A stretch of 64,000 nucleotides of DNA from Planctomycetota bacterium (lineage in GTDB: Bacteria; Planctomycetota; MHYJ01; JACQXL01): the NCBI GenBank assembly GCA_016235865.1, contig JACRIK010000021.1, positions 97,226 to 161,225 on the forward strand. Reading direction: 5' to 3'. Under the pieces are notes generated by a model. The model searched no databases. It was not told the DNA's origin and was given only the letters and a program-made list of their open reading frames with translations. The position numbers and the translations under genes were made by a program. This document shows positions 1 through 10,326 of this stretch, piece after piece; positions within the stretch are counted from its first letter, which is position 1, and the number at the start of each line of letters is the position of its first letter.

Positions 1-170
1 AAGAGGGATATGAGGGGATTGGAAACAATGGGGATGATAAAAAGCTTTTCTTTATTTGACTCCATCAGGCAGAAGTGGTATTGATTCATTATTAACCGGT
101 GGCGGACGATTGTCTTTGGCAAGGATGCCATTGACGGTGATTTCGTTAAACTTTAACCTGCATAGAGCTA

Positions 171-230
171 AGAGCGTAGAGCGTATAGTAAATTCCTTAA
201 CATCTATGCTATAAGCCCTATGCTCTAAGC
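171..230. repeat. repeat family A (agagcgtagagcgtatag ... ctatgctataagccctatgct)
   Basis: same bipartite architecture as 4479-4534. Confidence 0.7.
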
Positions 231-238
231 TGTAAATT

Positions 239-1783
239 ATGGAAGACAAATTGAAGTTATTGCGCCAGAAGAAGGCCGAGTCGCTCCTGGGCGGCGGTAA
301 GGACAAAATCGCCAAACAACACCAGCAGGGTAAACTCTCGGCCCGGGAACGGATTGACCTGTTGCTGGACAAGGATAGTTTCCAGGAACTGGACGCCTTT
401 GTGGTCCACCAGTGCGACCATTTCGGTATGGAGGATAAAAAGGTCTTGGGCGACGGCGTGGTCACCGGCTACGGCACGATTGACGGCCGGCTGGTCTATG
501 TCTTCAGCCAGGATTTCACGGTCTTCGGCGGCTCGCTGGGCGAGGCCTTTGCCAACAAGATTTGCAAGGTGATGGATTTGGCTATGAAGGTGGGCGCGCC
601 AATCATCGGCATCAACGATTCCGGCGGCGCCAGAATCCAGGAAGGCGTGGTCTCGCTGGGCGGATATGCCGAGATTTTCTTCCGCAATACTTTGGCCTCC
701 GGAGTCATACCACAGCTTTCCATTATTATGGGACCCTGCGCCGGCGGCGCGGTTTATTCGCCGGCACTGACCGATTTCATCGTCATGGTCAAGAACACCA
801 GCCATATGTTTATCACCGGGCCTGAGGTCATCAAGTCCGTGACGGCCGAGGAAATCACCTTTGAGCAATTAGGCGGGGCGATGACCCACAACGCCAAGTC
901 CGGCGTGGCCCATTTTGCGGCTGATGACGAGAAGGCCGGCATCAAACTGATTCGGGAGTTGATGGGATTTATCCCGGCCAATAATATGGAAGAGCCGCCG
1001 TATGCCAAGCCCAAGGACAAGCCCAACCGGATGGCCAAGGAATTGCTCAAGGTCATACCGGATGATTCTAACAAGCCCTATAATATCATTGATGTCATTA
1101 AGCACGTGGTTGACGACGCGGAGTTCCTGGAGATACACAGCGAGTGGGCTAAGAATATGGTCATTGGCTTTGCCCGGCTGAACGGGCACAGTATCGGAAT
1201 AGTGGGTAATCAACCGGCTCATCTGGCCGGATGCCTGGATATCAATGCATCGGTCAAGGCCGGACGCTTTGTCCGGTTCTGCGACGCCTTTAATATTCCG
1301 CTGGTGACCTTTGTGGATGTGCCGGGATTCCTGCCGGGCAGCGCACAGGAATACGGCGGCATTATCCGGCACGGCGCTAAACTACTTTACGCTTATTGCG
1401 AGGCGACGGTGCCGAAGCTGACTGTGATTACCCGCAAGGCCTACGGCGGGGCATACGACGTGATGTGCAGTAAGCATGTCCGGGCGGATATGAATTTCGC
1501 CTGGCCGACGGCTGAGATTGCCGTGATGGGTCCGGATGGCGCGGTGAATATTATTTTCCGTAAGGAGATTATCGAGAGCAAGGACGCCAAGAAGACCAAG
1601 GATAAGCTGGTGTCCGAATACCAGGAAAAGTTTGAGAATCCCTATATCGCGGCCGAGCGCGGGTATATTGACGAGGTGATTGAGCCGCAGGAGACCCGGC
1701 CGAAACTGATTACGGCCCTGGAGAGTTTGTTGAATAAGCGGGAGTCCCGGCCGCCTAAGAAACACGGGAATATACCGCTCTAA
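239..1783 (+). CDS. acyl-CoA carboxylase carboxyltransferase subunit (methylmalonyl-CoA/propionyl-CoA carboxyltransferase, 12S-type)
   Basis: 514 aa ORF; strong family resemblance to PccB/MmdA carboxyltransferases (GGARIQEG..., two CoA-carboxyltransferase halves). Confidence 0.9.
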   Translation: MEDKLKLLRQKKAESLLGGGKDKIAKQHQQGKLSARERIDLLLDKDSFQELDAFVVHQCDHFGMEDKKVLGDGVVTGYGTIDGRLVYVFSQDFTVFGGSLGEAFANKICKVMDLAMKVGAPIIGINDSGGARIQEGVVSLGGYAEIFFRNTLASGVIPQLSIIMGPCAGGAVYSPALTDFIVMVKNTSHMFITGPEVIKSVTAEEITFEQLGGAMTHNAKSGVAHFAADDEKAGIKLIRELMGFIPANNMEEPPYAKPKDKPNRMAKELLKVIPDDSNKPYNIIDVIKHVVDDAEFLEIHSEWAKNMVIGFARLNGHSIGIVGNQPAHLAGCLDINASVKAGRFVRFCDAFNIPLVTFVDVPGFLPGSAQEYGGIIRHGAKLLYAYCEATVPKLTVITRKAYGGAYDVMCSKHVRADMNFAWPTAEIAVMGPDGAVNIIFRKEIIESKDAKKTKDKLVSEYQEKFENPYIAAERGYIDEVIEPQETRPKLITALESLLNKRESRPPKKHGNIPL

Positions 1784-1789
1784 GAAGAG

Positions 1790-2020
1790 ATGAGAGATGA
1801 GAGTGGAGAGATGAGAGAGAATGACCTGGCGCTTATCAGCGCGGCGGTTTATGCGTATCTGTCGGATGGTCAGCCAGTCCTTCAGTCGGCCAGTCAACCG
1901 GCAGACAGGCAGACCGGCAGACCTTTTATCAGGCAAACCGGTAGACGTAACCGCTGGAAGCAGGCGTTTTTCCCTCAGGTAAATGAAAAAGGGATGAGGT
2001 GTAACCAATGGTCAAGATAA
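1790..2020 (+). CDS. putative small acyl-CoA carboxylase epsilon-like subunit
   Basis: 76 aa ORF between the 12S and 5S genes; 'ENDLALISAAVYAYL' resembles the EE(L)AA(I)xAA motif of AccE/PccE-type epsilon subunits; preceded by tandem gagatga repeats; overlaps next gene start by 13 nt. Confidence 0.35.
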   Translation: MRDESGEMRENDLALISAAVYAYLSDGQPVLQSASQPADRQTGRPFIRQTGRRNRWKQAFFPQVNEKGMRCNQWSR

Positions 2021-3864
2021 CCGAAACTGTTTTGCGTGACGGGCACCAGTCATTGATTGCCACCCGGATGGCAACTGAGGATATGCTGCCGATTCTGGAA
2101 AAGATGGACCGGGTCGGATTCTTTTCCCTGGAGATGTGGGGCGGGGCGACCTTTGACGTCTGCCTGCGTTATCTCAAGGAGGATCCCTGGCAACGGCTGA
2201 GGCAAATCCGGGAGCGGGTTAAGTCCACCAAGCTTCAGATGCTCCTGCGCGGCCAGAATCTGGTCGGCTACCGCCATTATCCGGATGATATCGTGGTCAA
2301 GTTTATCCAAAAGTCGCGAGACAATGGCATCGATGTGTTCCGTATCTTTGACGCCCTGAATGATATCCGGAATCTGGAACTGTCCATCAAGACGGCCAAG
2401 AAGACCGGGGCCATGGTGGAAGGCACCATATCATACACGGTCAGTCCGATTCATACCATTGCGAAATTCATCAGTTTCGCCAGCGAGCTCAAGGATGCCG
2501 GGTCTGATATTATCTGCATCAAGGATATGAGCGGGATTATCACGCCGACCGCGGCTTACGACCTGATTAATGCTTTGAAGAAAGAGATTAAACTGCCGGT
2601 GCATCTGCATACCCATTGCACCAGCGGCATGGCGCCGATGGTATATCTGCTGGCTTGTGAGGCCGGGGTTGATTACCTGGACACAGCCATTTCGCCGTTC
2701 GGCTGGGGCACCTCACAGCCGCCGACCGAGAGCATTGTCGGCGCGCTCAAAGGCACGCCGTTTGATACCGGACTTAATTTAGACATTATTGTTGAGATTT
2801 CAGAACATTTCCAGAAGGTGCGCGAGAAATATAAGAGCATTTTAGACCCGATTTCAGAACGGGTGGACCCGAAGATATTAGTGCATCAGACCCCGGGCGG
2901 GATGATTTCCAATCTGATATCGCAGCTCAAGGAGCAGAATGCGCTGGATAAATACGATGAGGCGCTCAAGGAAACCGCGTTGGTGCGCAAGGATTTGGGC
3001 TATCCGCCGCTGGTCACGCCGACCAGCCAGATCGTCGGTACCCAGGCGGTCTTTAATGTCATTCTGGGCGAGCGCTATAAGATGATTTCCAATGAGGTCA
3101 AGGATTACATCAAGGGATTATACGGCCGCTCGCCCGGGCTGATTGACGAGGAGCTGCAGAAGAAGGCTATCGGGAATGAAACTCCGATTACCACCCGGCC
3201 GGCCGAGTCCATTGCGCCGGAATGGGACAAATCGCTTGAGACAGTCAAGGCCTTAAAGCAGACCGACCAGCCGTCAGATGAGGATGTGCTGGCCTATGCG
3301 CTTTTCCCGTTGGTGGCCAAGGAATTCTGGGCTAACCCGGCAGTGGTTGCAGCGCCGGCGCCAGCAGTAAGCCCTGTAGAGGCGAAACAACCCAAGGAGG
3401 AGGTAGATTCATATTCTTCTAAGGCTACATTGGTACTGGAGTTGAACAACAAGAAATATTCGGTCAAGGTTACGCCGGCTTCATCCGGCAGTTTAAAGGT
3501 GGATGTAGAGGGCCGGCCTTATGATGTCAAGGTTTCTTATTCGGGAAAATCCGGATTAAAGAAGCCGGCAGCAGAAATTAAGCCCGAGCCGGCCGCGGTA
3601 AAATCCGCCCAGCCAATAGCGCCGGTTCAGGCTGCGACTGAGGGCGGTATGACCAATGTCACGGTGCCGATGCCCGGCAAGGTGGTAAATATCAAGGTGA
3701 AAATATCAGATAAGGTCAAGAAAGGGGAAGTGCTTTTTATACTTGAGGCGATGAAGATGCAGAATGAAATCTGCGCGCCCGGCGACGGTATTATCAGCGA
3801 GATTTCAATAAAGGTGGGCGATACAGTTGATAACCAAACAATACTGATGAAGATAAAGGGGTAA
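2008..3864 (+). CDS. oxaloacetate decarboxylase alpha / pyruvate carboxylase subunit B-like carboxyltransferase (5S-type) with C-terminal biotinyl domain
   Basis: 618 aa; N-terminal 'VLRDGHQSL' TIM-barrel carboxyltransferase; C-terminal 'EAMKMQNEI' biotin attachment motif. Confidence 0.9.
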   Translation: MVKITETVLRDGHQSLIATRMATEDMLPILEKMDRVGFFSLEMWGGATFDVCLRYLKEDPWQRLRQIRERVKSTKLQMLLRGQNLVGYRHYPDDIVVKFIQKSRDNGIDVFRIFDALNDIRNLELSIKTAKKTGAMVEGTISYTVSPIHTIAKFISFASELKDAGSDIICIKDMSGIITPTAAYDLINALKKEIKLPVHLHTHCTSGMAPMVYLLACEAGVDYLDTAISPFGWGTSQPPTESIVGALKGTPFDTGLNLDIIVEISEHFQKVREKYKSILDPISERVDPKILVHQTPGGMISNLISQLKEQNALDKYDEALKETALVRKDLGYPPLVTPTSQIVGTQAVFNVILGERYKMISNEVKDYIKGLYGRSPGLIDEELQKKAIGNETPITTRPAESIAPEWDKSLETVKALKQTDQPSDEDVLAYALFPLVAKEFWANPAVVAAPAPAVSPVEAKQPKEEVDSYSSKATLVLELNNKKYSVKVTPASSGSLKVDVEGRPYDVKVSYSGKSGLKKPAAEIKPEPAAVKSAQPIAPVQAATEGGMTNVTVPMPGKVVNIKVKISDKVKKGEVLFILEAMKMQNEICAPGDGIISEISIKVGDTVDNQTILMKIKG

Positions 3865-3869
3865 AGATT

Positions 3870-4472
3870 ATGTACAGCAAGATTAGTTTGGAAAAATATC
3901 TGGAGATGATAGCGGCGCCGACGGCCACGCCGGGCGGCGGGAGCGTTTCGGCATACGCCGGAGCCCTGGGCGCATCGCTGGGCAGTATGGCCAGCGGTAT
4001 CGCGCTCAAGAAGGTGCTGGCCCATTCGCATGATTTTGAGACGCTCAAGGAAGCGCAGAAGATATTCCGCCGGAATTATTACGCGCTTTTGAAACTGGCC
4101 GAGGCGGATAGCGCGGCATACGATAAGGTTAGTCAGGCATATAAACTCCCGCATCACGTCCTTAAGCGCCGGGGCGAGATTAACAAGGCCCTTAAAGCCG
4201 CCACAGAAGTGCCGTATAGGACAATGCTCCTGTCGCTGGAAAACCTCAACGAGATAAGCAAGGTCCGGAAACTTCTGCCGGTCCAGATATTGAGCGACAT
4301 CAACGTGGCGGCCCTGCTCAGCAAAGCGGCTTATAACGGGGCCCGGCTGAACGTTATTGTCAACGTCGAATCGCTCACTGACAAGAAGGTCTCGCGCAAG
4401 ATAGAAAAAGATATAGAGAAGGTGGAGCAGGCATTTGCCGAGACCATTCTCTGGCTTGATGATTGGATGTAG
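3870..4472 (+). CDS. cyclodeaminase/cyclohydrolase family protein (formiminotetrahydrofolate cyclodeaminase-like)
   Basis: 200 aa; 'AAPTATPGGGSVSAYAGALGASLGSMA' typical FTCD C-terminal-domain family. Confidence 0.75.
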   Translation: MYSKISLEKYLEMIAAPTATPGGGSVSAYAGALGASLGSMASGIALKKVLAHSHDFETLKEAQKIFRRNYYALLKLAEADSAAYDKVSQAYKLPHHVLKRRGEINKALKAATEVPYRTMLLSLENLNEISKVRKLLPVQILSDINVAALLSKAAYNGARLNVIVNVESLTDKKVSRKIEKDIEKVEQAFAETILWLDDWM

Positions 4473-4478
4473 GAGCAA

Positions 4479-4534
4479 AGAGCGTAGGGCGTATAGCGTA
4501 GAAACTATAAGCTCTATGCTATAAGCTCTATGCT
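4479..4534. repeat. repeat family A copy
   Basis: agagcgtagggcgtatagcgtag...ctataagctctatgctataagctctatgct. Confidence 0.7.
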
Positions 4535-4537
4535 ATT

Positions 4538-5125
4538 ATGTGGCAGATAGAAAAAACCACCAAACGCTGTCAGGAATGTAACTCAACTATAGAGGTCAGC
4601 CAGCATTATTTTTCGGCGCTGTTCCCTAATCCAACGGATAAAACAGGGGAGCCGCGCCTATTGCGCCGGGATTTTTGCGCTAATTGTTGGGAGCGGCGGA
4701 CCGCGGCCGGTGAAGAGCCACCCTTTTCCTTCTGGCAGACTGTCATAGAACCACCGGCTGAGCCGCCCAAGACCCCGCGCGAGGTTCTGCTTAATTTCTT
4801 TGATAACCTATTTAAGGAAGCAACTGAAGTGCCCGCGGCAGAGAATACGTCTGTGCCGGTGGTTCAGGACACCAGATTAAAATCCCAGGTAAAATACCTC
4901 TTTGCTTTGATTATGATGCGCAAGAAATTATTGCGGCTGAAGAGCCCGCTGACCCGGGACAATACCCGGTATCTGGTCCTGGAGCGGTTTGCGAAGCCGC
5001 AGCGGAGTCCCGATAACTTCGGGGGTGATGCTAAGGTTTATGAGGTGGCCGAAGTAAACATTTCGGATGAGGAGTTAGATTCCCTAAGGCAGGAATTTTC
5101 ACAACTCTTTGAATTCAGGATATAA
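4538..5125 (+). CDS. hypothetical protein with N-terminal CxxC...CxxC zinc-ribbon
   Basis: 195 aa ORF; CQEC...CANC; no recognisable family. Confidence 0.5.
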   Translation: MWQIEKTTKRCQECNSTIEVSQHYFSALFPNPTDKTGEPRLLRRDFCANCWERRTAAGEEPPFSFWQTVIEPPAEPPKTPREVLLNFFDNLFKEATEVPAAENTSVPVVQDTRLKSQVKYLFALIMMRKKLLRLKSPLTRDNTRYLVLERFAKPQRSPDNFGGDAKVYEVAEVNISDEELDSLRQEFSQLFEFRI

Positions 5126-5141
5126 TCCGGTCTACTCCAGC

Positions 5142-6269
5142 TTATTTAACCTTGAAATCAAAGTCAGAGGCATCGCCTTTGGTAATCCCGCGCAGTTCCA
5201 GTTTCAGTTCATCAGGCCGGTCCGCAAAGGCCAGGGCATCTTCCACGCTGATGAAATTATTCTGGTAGAGGTACTTTAACGACTGGTTAAAGGTCTGGGT
5301 GCCGTAGTAGGTATTGCCTTCCTTGATGGCATCATATAATTCGCGGGTCTTGCCTTCATAAAGCATATCTTTGATAGTCGGCGTGGCCAGCAGTATTTCA
5401 GCGGCCGGAACCATTCCCTTGCCGTCGTGCCGGGCGATTAACCGCTGGGAAATCACGCCCTGCAGGAGCATCGACAACTGCTGGCGCAGAAGTGGATGCT
5501 GGTGGGGCGGAAAGAAATTGATAATCCGTTCCACGGTCTGGAATGAATTGATGCTGTGCAGGGTGCTGATGACCAGGTGACCGGTTTCGGCCGCACCGAT
5601 GGCCGCTTCCATCGTGTCTTTGTCGCGCATTTCGCCGATCATAATGATATCCGGGCTCTGGCGGACCGCATGTTTCAGCGCCGAGGTGAATGAAAACGTG
5701 TCAATTCCCAATTCTCTCTGGTCAATCAGTGATTTTTCGTCCATAAAGAGGTATTCTATCGGGTCTTCTATGGTGACCACGTGTTTGCGCCAGTTTTTAT
5801 TGATGTAATTTATCAGGGCGGCAATGGTGGTGGATTTTCCGCTGCCGGCGATGCCGGTGACAATGACCAGACCGCGGGTGGTGGTAGCTAATTTCTGCAA
5901 CGGTTTCATTGGTAGTCCCAGTTCTTCTATCGGCGGGATATTGGAGCGGATATAGCGCATGGCCATTCCGATAAAACCTTTTTGCCTGAAAATATTTACC
6001 CGAAACCGGCCCATGCCAAAGACCTCATAAGCAGTATCCACTTCACCCTGGTCCACGAATTTTTGCCTTAATTTTTCAGTGGTGATTTCCAGGAAGAGTT
6101 TTTCTACCATCTCCGGGGTGAGCGGGAAAGTCTGAGGGAGAACTTCCAATTTTCCGGTCAGTCGGATCATGGGTGGGGCGCCGACTTTGATGAACAAATC
6201 AGAGGCGTTCTTGGCCACCACGGCGGCAAATAATCCCTTGACGTCTAATTCCTTTTTAGTTTCAGACAT
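5142..6269 (-). CDS. pilT: type IV pilus retraction ATPase PilT
   Basis: 375 aa; Walker A GSGKSTT, PilT/PilU family signature regions. Confidence 0.85.
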   Translation of the reverse strand: MSETKKELDVKGLFAAVVAKNASDLFIKVGAPPMIRLTGKLEVLPQTFPLTPEMVEKLFLEITTEKLRQKFVDQGEVDTAYEVFGMGRFRVNIFRQKGFIGMAMRYIRSNIPPIEELGLPMKPLQKLATTTRGLVIVTGIAGSGKSTTIAALINYINKNWRKHVVTIEDPIEYLFMDEKSLIDQRELGIDTFSFTSALKHAVRQSPDIIMIGEMRDKDTMEAAIGAAETGHLVISTLHSINSFQTVERIINFFPPHQHPLLRQQLSMLLQGVISQRLIARHDGKGMVPAAEILLATPTIKDMLYEGKTRELYDAIKEGNTYYGTQTFNQSLKYLYQNNFISVEDALAFADRPDELKLELRGITKGDASDFDFKVK

Positions 6270-6315
6270 ATTTGATTCCTTTCAGTTTGACTTCCCGTAC
6301 TCTTAATGTAACAAA

Positions 6316-9294
6316 TTATAGATATTTCTTCAATATTTTTCCAGTATAAGAGCGTTCTTGCCTGGCAATCTCTTCAGGGGTGCCGGAAGCGACTACTCGG
6401 CCGCCTTCATCACCGCCTTCGGGTCCCAGATCAATGATATAGTCAGCCATTTTGATGACGTGCATATTATGTTCGATGACCACAACGCTGTTACCGCGGT
6501 CCACCAGTCGATTGAGGACATTGAGCAGTTTATTGATATCGGAGAAATGCAGGCCGGTAGTCGGCTCGTCAAGTATGTAAAGGGTTTTATTGGTGGCGGT
6601 CTTGCCTAATTCAGCTGATAGCTTGACCCGCTGGGCTTCGCCGCCTGAGAGCGTGATGCTGGATTGGCCCAGGGCGATATAGCCCAGTCCGACGTTATCG
6701 AGTGTCTTGAGGATGCGCACGATATGCGGGAAGTTCTGGAAGAATTCCACGGCGGCTGAGACCTCCATTTCCAGGACATCGGCGATATTCTTACCCCGGT
6801 AGGTGATGTCCAGGGTCTCGCGGTTATATCTTTTGCCTTTGCACTGTTCACAGGTGATGTAGACATCAGGCAGGAAGTGCATCTCGATTAGTTTAGTGCC
6901 TTGGCCCTGGCAGTCGGCGCATCGGCCGGCCTTGAGATTAAAACTAAATCGGCCGGACTGGTAACCCCGTAATCGGGCTTCCTTAGTCATGGTAAAGACC
7001 TTGCGTATCTCGTCAAAGACGCCGGTATAAGTGGCCGGATTTGAACGAGGCGTCCGGCCAATCGGCGACTGGTCAATGATAATTACTTTGTCAACATGTT
7101 CGGCACCGATAATGTCGTCGCATTCACCTGAACGAATCCGGCTCCGGTAAATTTTCTTCATCAGCCCTTTATAGAGGATTTCATTGACCAGCGTGCTTTT
7201 GCCTGAGCCGGATACGCCGGTTACACAGGTAAAGCAACCTAATGGGATGGGTACATTGATGTCTTTCAGGTTGAATTCCCGGGCCCTGATGATGTTTAGC
7301 CAGTTATGTTCGCTCGCGCGGTCTCTGCGGAGTTCGCTGGCGCGGTCACTGCGGCCTTCTGATTTGTCATTTTTTATTTTATTATTAGCAGTATTTGGCT
7401 GCGGGAATAGATTGCGGTCAAAACGCCTTTTCTTTGGCACTTCTATTCTTAATTTATTGGTCAGGTATTGCAGGGTCAGGGAATGGTTATTATTATTTTC
7501 TCCTGAAGTTCCGTTAGGCGGTTTTACAGTATTATTATTGTTTGTCATTTTACCGTTTAGGACATCCTTACTCGGAGCCGAGATGATTACCTGTCCACCC
7601 CGGGTGCCGGCGCCCGGACCGACATCAATCAGATAATCCGATGCCCTGATGGTGTCTTCGTCGTGCTCAACTACAATGACTGTATTGCCTAAGTTTCTTA
7701 ATTTTATCAGGGTATTGAGCAGGCGTTGGTTATCGCGTTGGTGCAGTCCGATGGTTGGTTCGTCAAGGACATAGCAGACCCCGACCAGACCTGAACCGAC
7801 CTGGGAAGCCAGCCGTATCCGTTGGGCCTCGCCGCCTGAAAGCGTCAAACTGCGCCGGTCTAATGTCAGGTAGGACAGTCCCACGTCTATCAGAAATGAA
7901 AGGCGGTTCTTGATTTCCTTTAACGCCATCTGTCCGATAAGCGTCTGTTCAGCGGTTAGGACGAGTTTATCAAAGAAGTGATAGGCGTCCTTAACCGCCA
8001 TCTGAATCACCTCGGAGATATTTTTTCCGCCGATGCGGACGGCCAGTGGCTCTGGTTTTAAGCGCGCGCCTTTGCAGGTTGGGCAGGGCAGTTCGCTCAT
8101 ATATGAGTGTATCCGGTGCTTGACTCCTTCGCTCTGGGTTTTGTAGAACCGGTTCTCCAAGTCCGGTATCACGCCGGTAAAACTGCGTTTATATTTGGCT
8201 TCATCTGGTTGATTGGTGCCGTACATCAGGATCCGTTTCTTATCTTCAGGCAGGTTGTAGAAAGGCGCATCCATAGCTATGTTGAAATCGCCGGCGAACT
8301 CCTTGATAACATACGAATAATAAATAGCCATCCGGTGTCCGGATTTACGCCAAGCCTCGATGGCTCCGTTAGCCAGCGAGAGCGACTTGTCAGGCACAAT
8401 CAGGTCCATATCCAGTTCCATCCGTGTGCCCAGGCCGTTGCAGCGTGGGCAGGCGCCATAAGGTGAATTAAACGAGAATATCCGCGGGCTTAATTCCGAT
8501 AAACTTATCTGGCATTCCGGACAGGCAAAATGCTCCGAGAATACCAGGTCGGAAAACCGTTTGCCCTGGGGCTGATGCGAGATGATGACCAATCCTTCGC
8601 CTAATCTCAATGCGGTTTCGACCGAATCAGCCAGCCGGCTCTTTTCTATGCCGGCAGGCTCAACGCTCAGTCTGTCGATGACTATCTCGATATTATGACG
8701 TTTGTATTTATCCAGTTTAGGGACGGATGAGCCGAGTTCTATAACCTTGTTGTCAACCCGGACTCGGACAAAGCCATTGCGCCGGATGCGTTCAAAGACA
8801 TCCCGATGTTCGCCTTTTTTGCCTCGGATAATCGGAGCCAGGACAATAATCCGGGAATAAGCCGGGAATGATTGGATATGCTGGATAATCTGCTGGGCGG
8901 ACTGTTTGACAATTGGTTTATTGCACTTGGGGCAGAAGGGTTGGCCCAACCGGGCGAAGATAACGCGCAGATAATCATATATCTCGGTAGTGGTAGCCAC
9001 GATCGAGCGAGGTGTGCCGGTTCCGCCCCGTTGTTCTATAGAAATCGTGGGAGGCAGGCCTTCGATAGATTCCACATCCGGTTTGGCAATTTGTTCCAGG
9101 AACTGCCGGGCGTAGGCCGAGAGCGATTCGATATAACGGCGTTGTCCCTCGGCGTAAATGGTATCAAAAGCCAGGGAGGTCTTGCCTGAGCCGGAGACAC
9201 CGGTTACCACAATTAGTTTATCACGCGGGATATCAATGTTGATATTCCTGAGATTATGCTCCTTGGCTCCGCGTATGGATATATGATTGGTCAT
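6316..9294 (-). CDS. uvrA: excinuclease ABC subunit A (UvrA) with internal low-complexity/repeat insertion
   Basis: 992 aa; two ABC ATPase modules, Zn fingers; N-term '[42 protein letters not shown]'. Confidence 0.9.
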   Translation of the reverse strand: MTNHISIRGAKEHNLRNINIDIPRDKLIVVTGVSGSGKTSLAFDTIYAEGQRRYIESLSAYARQFLEQIAKPDVESIEGLPPTISIEQRGGTGTPRSIVATTTEIYDYLRVIFARLGQPFCPKCNKPIVKQSAQQIIQHIQSFPAYSRIIVLAPIIRGKKGEHRDVFERIRRNGFVRVRVDNKVIELGSSVPKLDKYKRHNIEIVIDRLSVEPAGIEKSRLADSVETALRLGEGLVIISHQPQGKRFSDLVFSEHFACPECQISLSELSPRIFSFNSPYGACPRCNGLGTRMELDMDLIVPDKSLSLANGAIEAWRKSGHRMAIYYSYVIKEFAGDFNIAMDAPFYNLPEDKKRILMYGTNQPDEAKYKRSFTGVIPDLENRFYKTQSEGVKHRIHSYMSELPCPTCKGARLKPEPLAVRIGGKNISEVIQMAVKDAYHFFDKLVLTAEQTLIGQMALKEIKNRLSFLIDVGLSYLTLDRRSLTLSGGEAQRIRLASQVGSGLVGVCYVLDEPTIGLHQRDNQRLLNTLIKLRNLGNTVIVVEHDEDTIRASDYLIDVGPGAGTRGGQVIISAPSKDVLNGKMTNNNNTVKPPNGTSGENNNNHSLTLQYLTNKLRIEVPKKRRFDRNLFPQPNTANNKIKNDKSEGRSDRASELRRDRASEHNWLNIIRAREFNLKDINVPIPLGCFTCVTGVSGSGKSTLVNEILYKGLMKKIYRSRIRSGECDDIIGAEHVDKVIIIDQSPIGRTPRSNPATYTGVFDEIRKVFTMTKEARLRGYQSGRFSFNLKAGRCADCQGQGTKLIEMHFLPDVYITCEQCKGKRYNRETLDITYRGKNIADVLEMEVSAAVEFFQNFPHIVRILKTLDNVGLGYIALGQSSITLSGGEAQRVKLSAELGKTATNKTLYILDEPTTGLHFSDINKLLNVLNRLVDRGNSVVVIEHNMHVIKMADYIIDLGPEGGDEGGRVVASGTPEEIARQERSYTGKILKKYL
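7311..7356. repeat. dispersed repeat family B (modules X+Y) inserted in-frame in uvrA
   Basis: cgcgcggtctctgcggagttcgctggcgcggtcactgcggcc; translated '[13 protein letters not shown]' on minus strand. Confidence 0.85.
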
Positions 9295-9458
9295 AGGGGT
9301 AATTAATCCTGCAGTATATATTATTTTGTAAACTGTGTCTACGTTTTGGGATTTATTCTTTGACGATGGCTAGTGGTTTTTGGTATAGAATAAAGGTAAT
9401 GAACTAAGCGAAGCGTGAACTCGAAGAGGCCGCGAAGCGTGACCCTGAGCGAAGCGAA

Positions 9459-10304
9459 ATGAAAACCTTAATGCAATGTACTATTAAAAAGCCTGTTTTC
9501 TGTGAAGGCATCGGACTTTTTACCGGGCAGAAAGTGAAATTGTGTTTCCAGCCCGCTAAAGTTAATGATGGCATAACATTCATTGCCAATGGCGCCAGAA
9601 TTTCTGCTTCTATCAGTAACGTGCTGACCCAATACCGCCGCAATGCCATCGGGAAAGACGGCATCATTATCGAGACTATAGAACACCTAATGGCAGCTTT
9701 GAACGGATTAGGTATTACCAATATTGATATCGAGATTTATTCTGATAGTCAATCTGCAACCTATGAGATACCGAATACGGACGGCAGCGCTAAGTTATTT
9801 GTGGATTTATTATTAAAAGCCGGTATTGAGGAACAGCGCGCACCCAGGAGAGTCCTGCGAATAAATGCGCCGGTTAATTACAGGGATGGCGAGTGCTCTA
9901 TTATTGCCTTGCCAGCCGCTGACGATTCATTAACTGTTGACTATACCTTTTCGCATAGCGCCGTGATTATCGGCAATCAGCATTTATCAGTGGAACTGGT
10001 ACAGGATAACTTTATTTCGGAGATAGCCCCGGCCCGAACGTTTTGTATGGCCGACGAAGTGGCGTCTCTTCAGGCACAGGGAATAGGTAAGTCAGCCAAT
10101 TATCAGAATGTTCTGGTGGTGGATAATGACAAAATCGTCCAGAACACCTTGCGCTTTAAAGACGAATTCGTGCGCCATAAAATACTTGATTTAATCGGCG
10201 ATTTATACTTGTTAAATGCCTCGTTATTTGCTAAAATAGCAGCGGTTAAGACCGGCCATAGACAAAATGTAGAATTTGTCAGGAAATTGGTTGGATTACT
10301 CTAA
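9459..10304 (+). CDS. lpxC: UDP-3-O-acyl-N-acetylglucosamine deacetylase
   Basis: 281 aa; LpxC family; gene order lpxC-fabZ-lpxA. Confidence 0.85.
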   Translation: MKTLMQCTIKKPVFCEGIGLFTGQKVKLCFQPAKVNDGITFIANGARISASISNVLTQYRRNAIGKDGIIIETIEHLMAALNGLGITNIDIEIYSDSQSATYEIPNTDGSAKLFVDLLLKAGIEEQRAPRRVLRINAPVNYRDGECSIIALPAADDSLTVDYTFSHSAVIIGNQHLSVELVQDNFISEIAPARTFCMADEVASLQAQGIGKSANYQNVLVVDNDKIVQNTLRFKDEFVRHKILDLIGDLYLLNASLFAKIAAVKTGHRQNVEFVRKLVGLL

Positions 10305-10326
10305 GGCAGCTGAATTAATCAGATAA

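Noticed and set aside
52-465. 137-aa minus-strand ORF at window start, and many other antisense ORFs in the track (e.g. 257-868, 869-1372, 1382-2008, 13435-13860, 16240-16650, 59388-60026)
   Set aside because: They lie antisense to strongly supported conserved genes or span promoters. Typical GC-rich antisense open frames with no homology signal.
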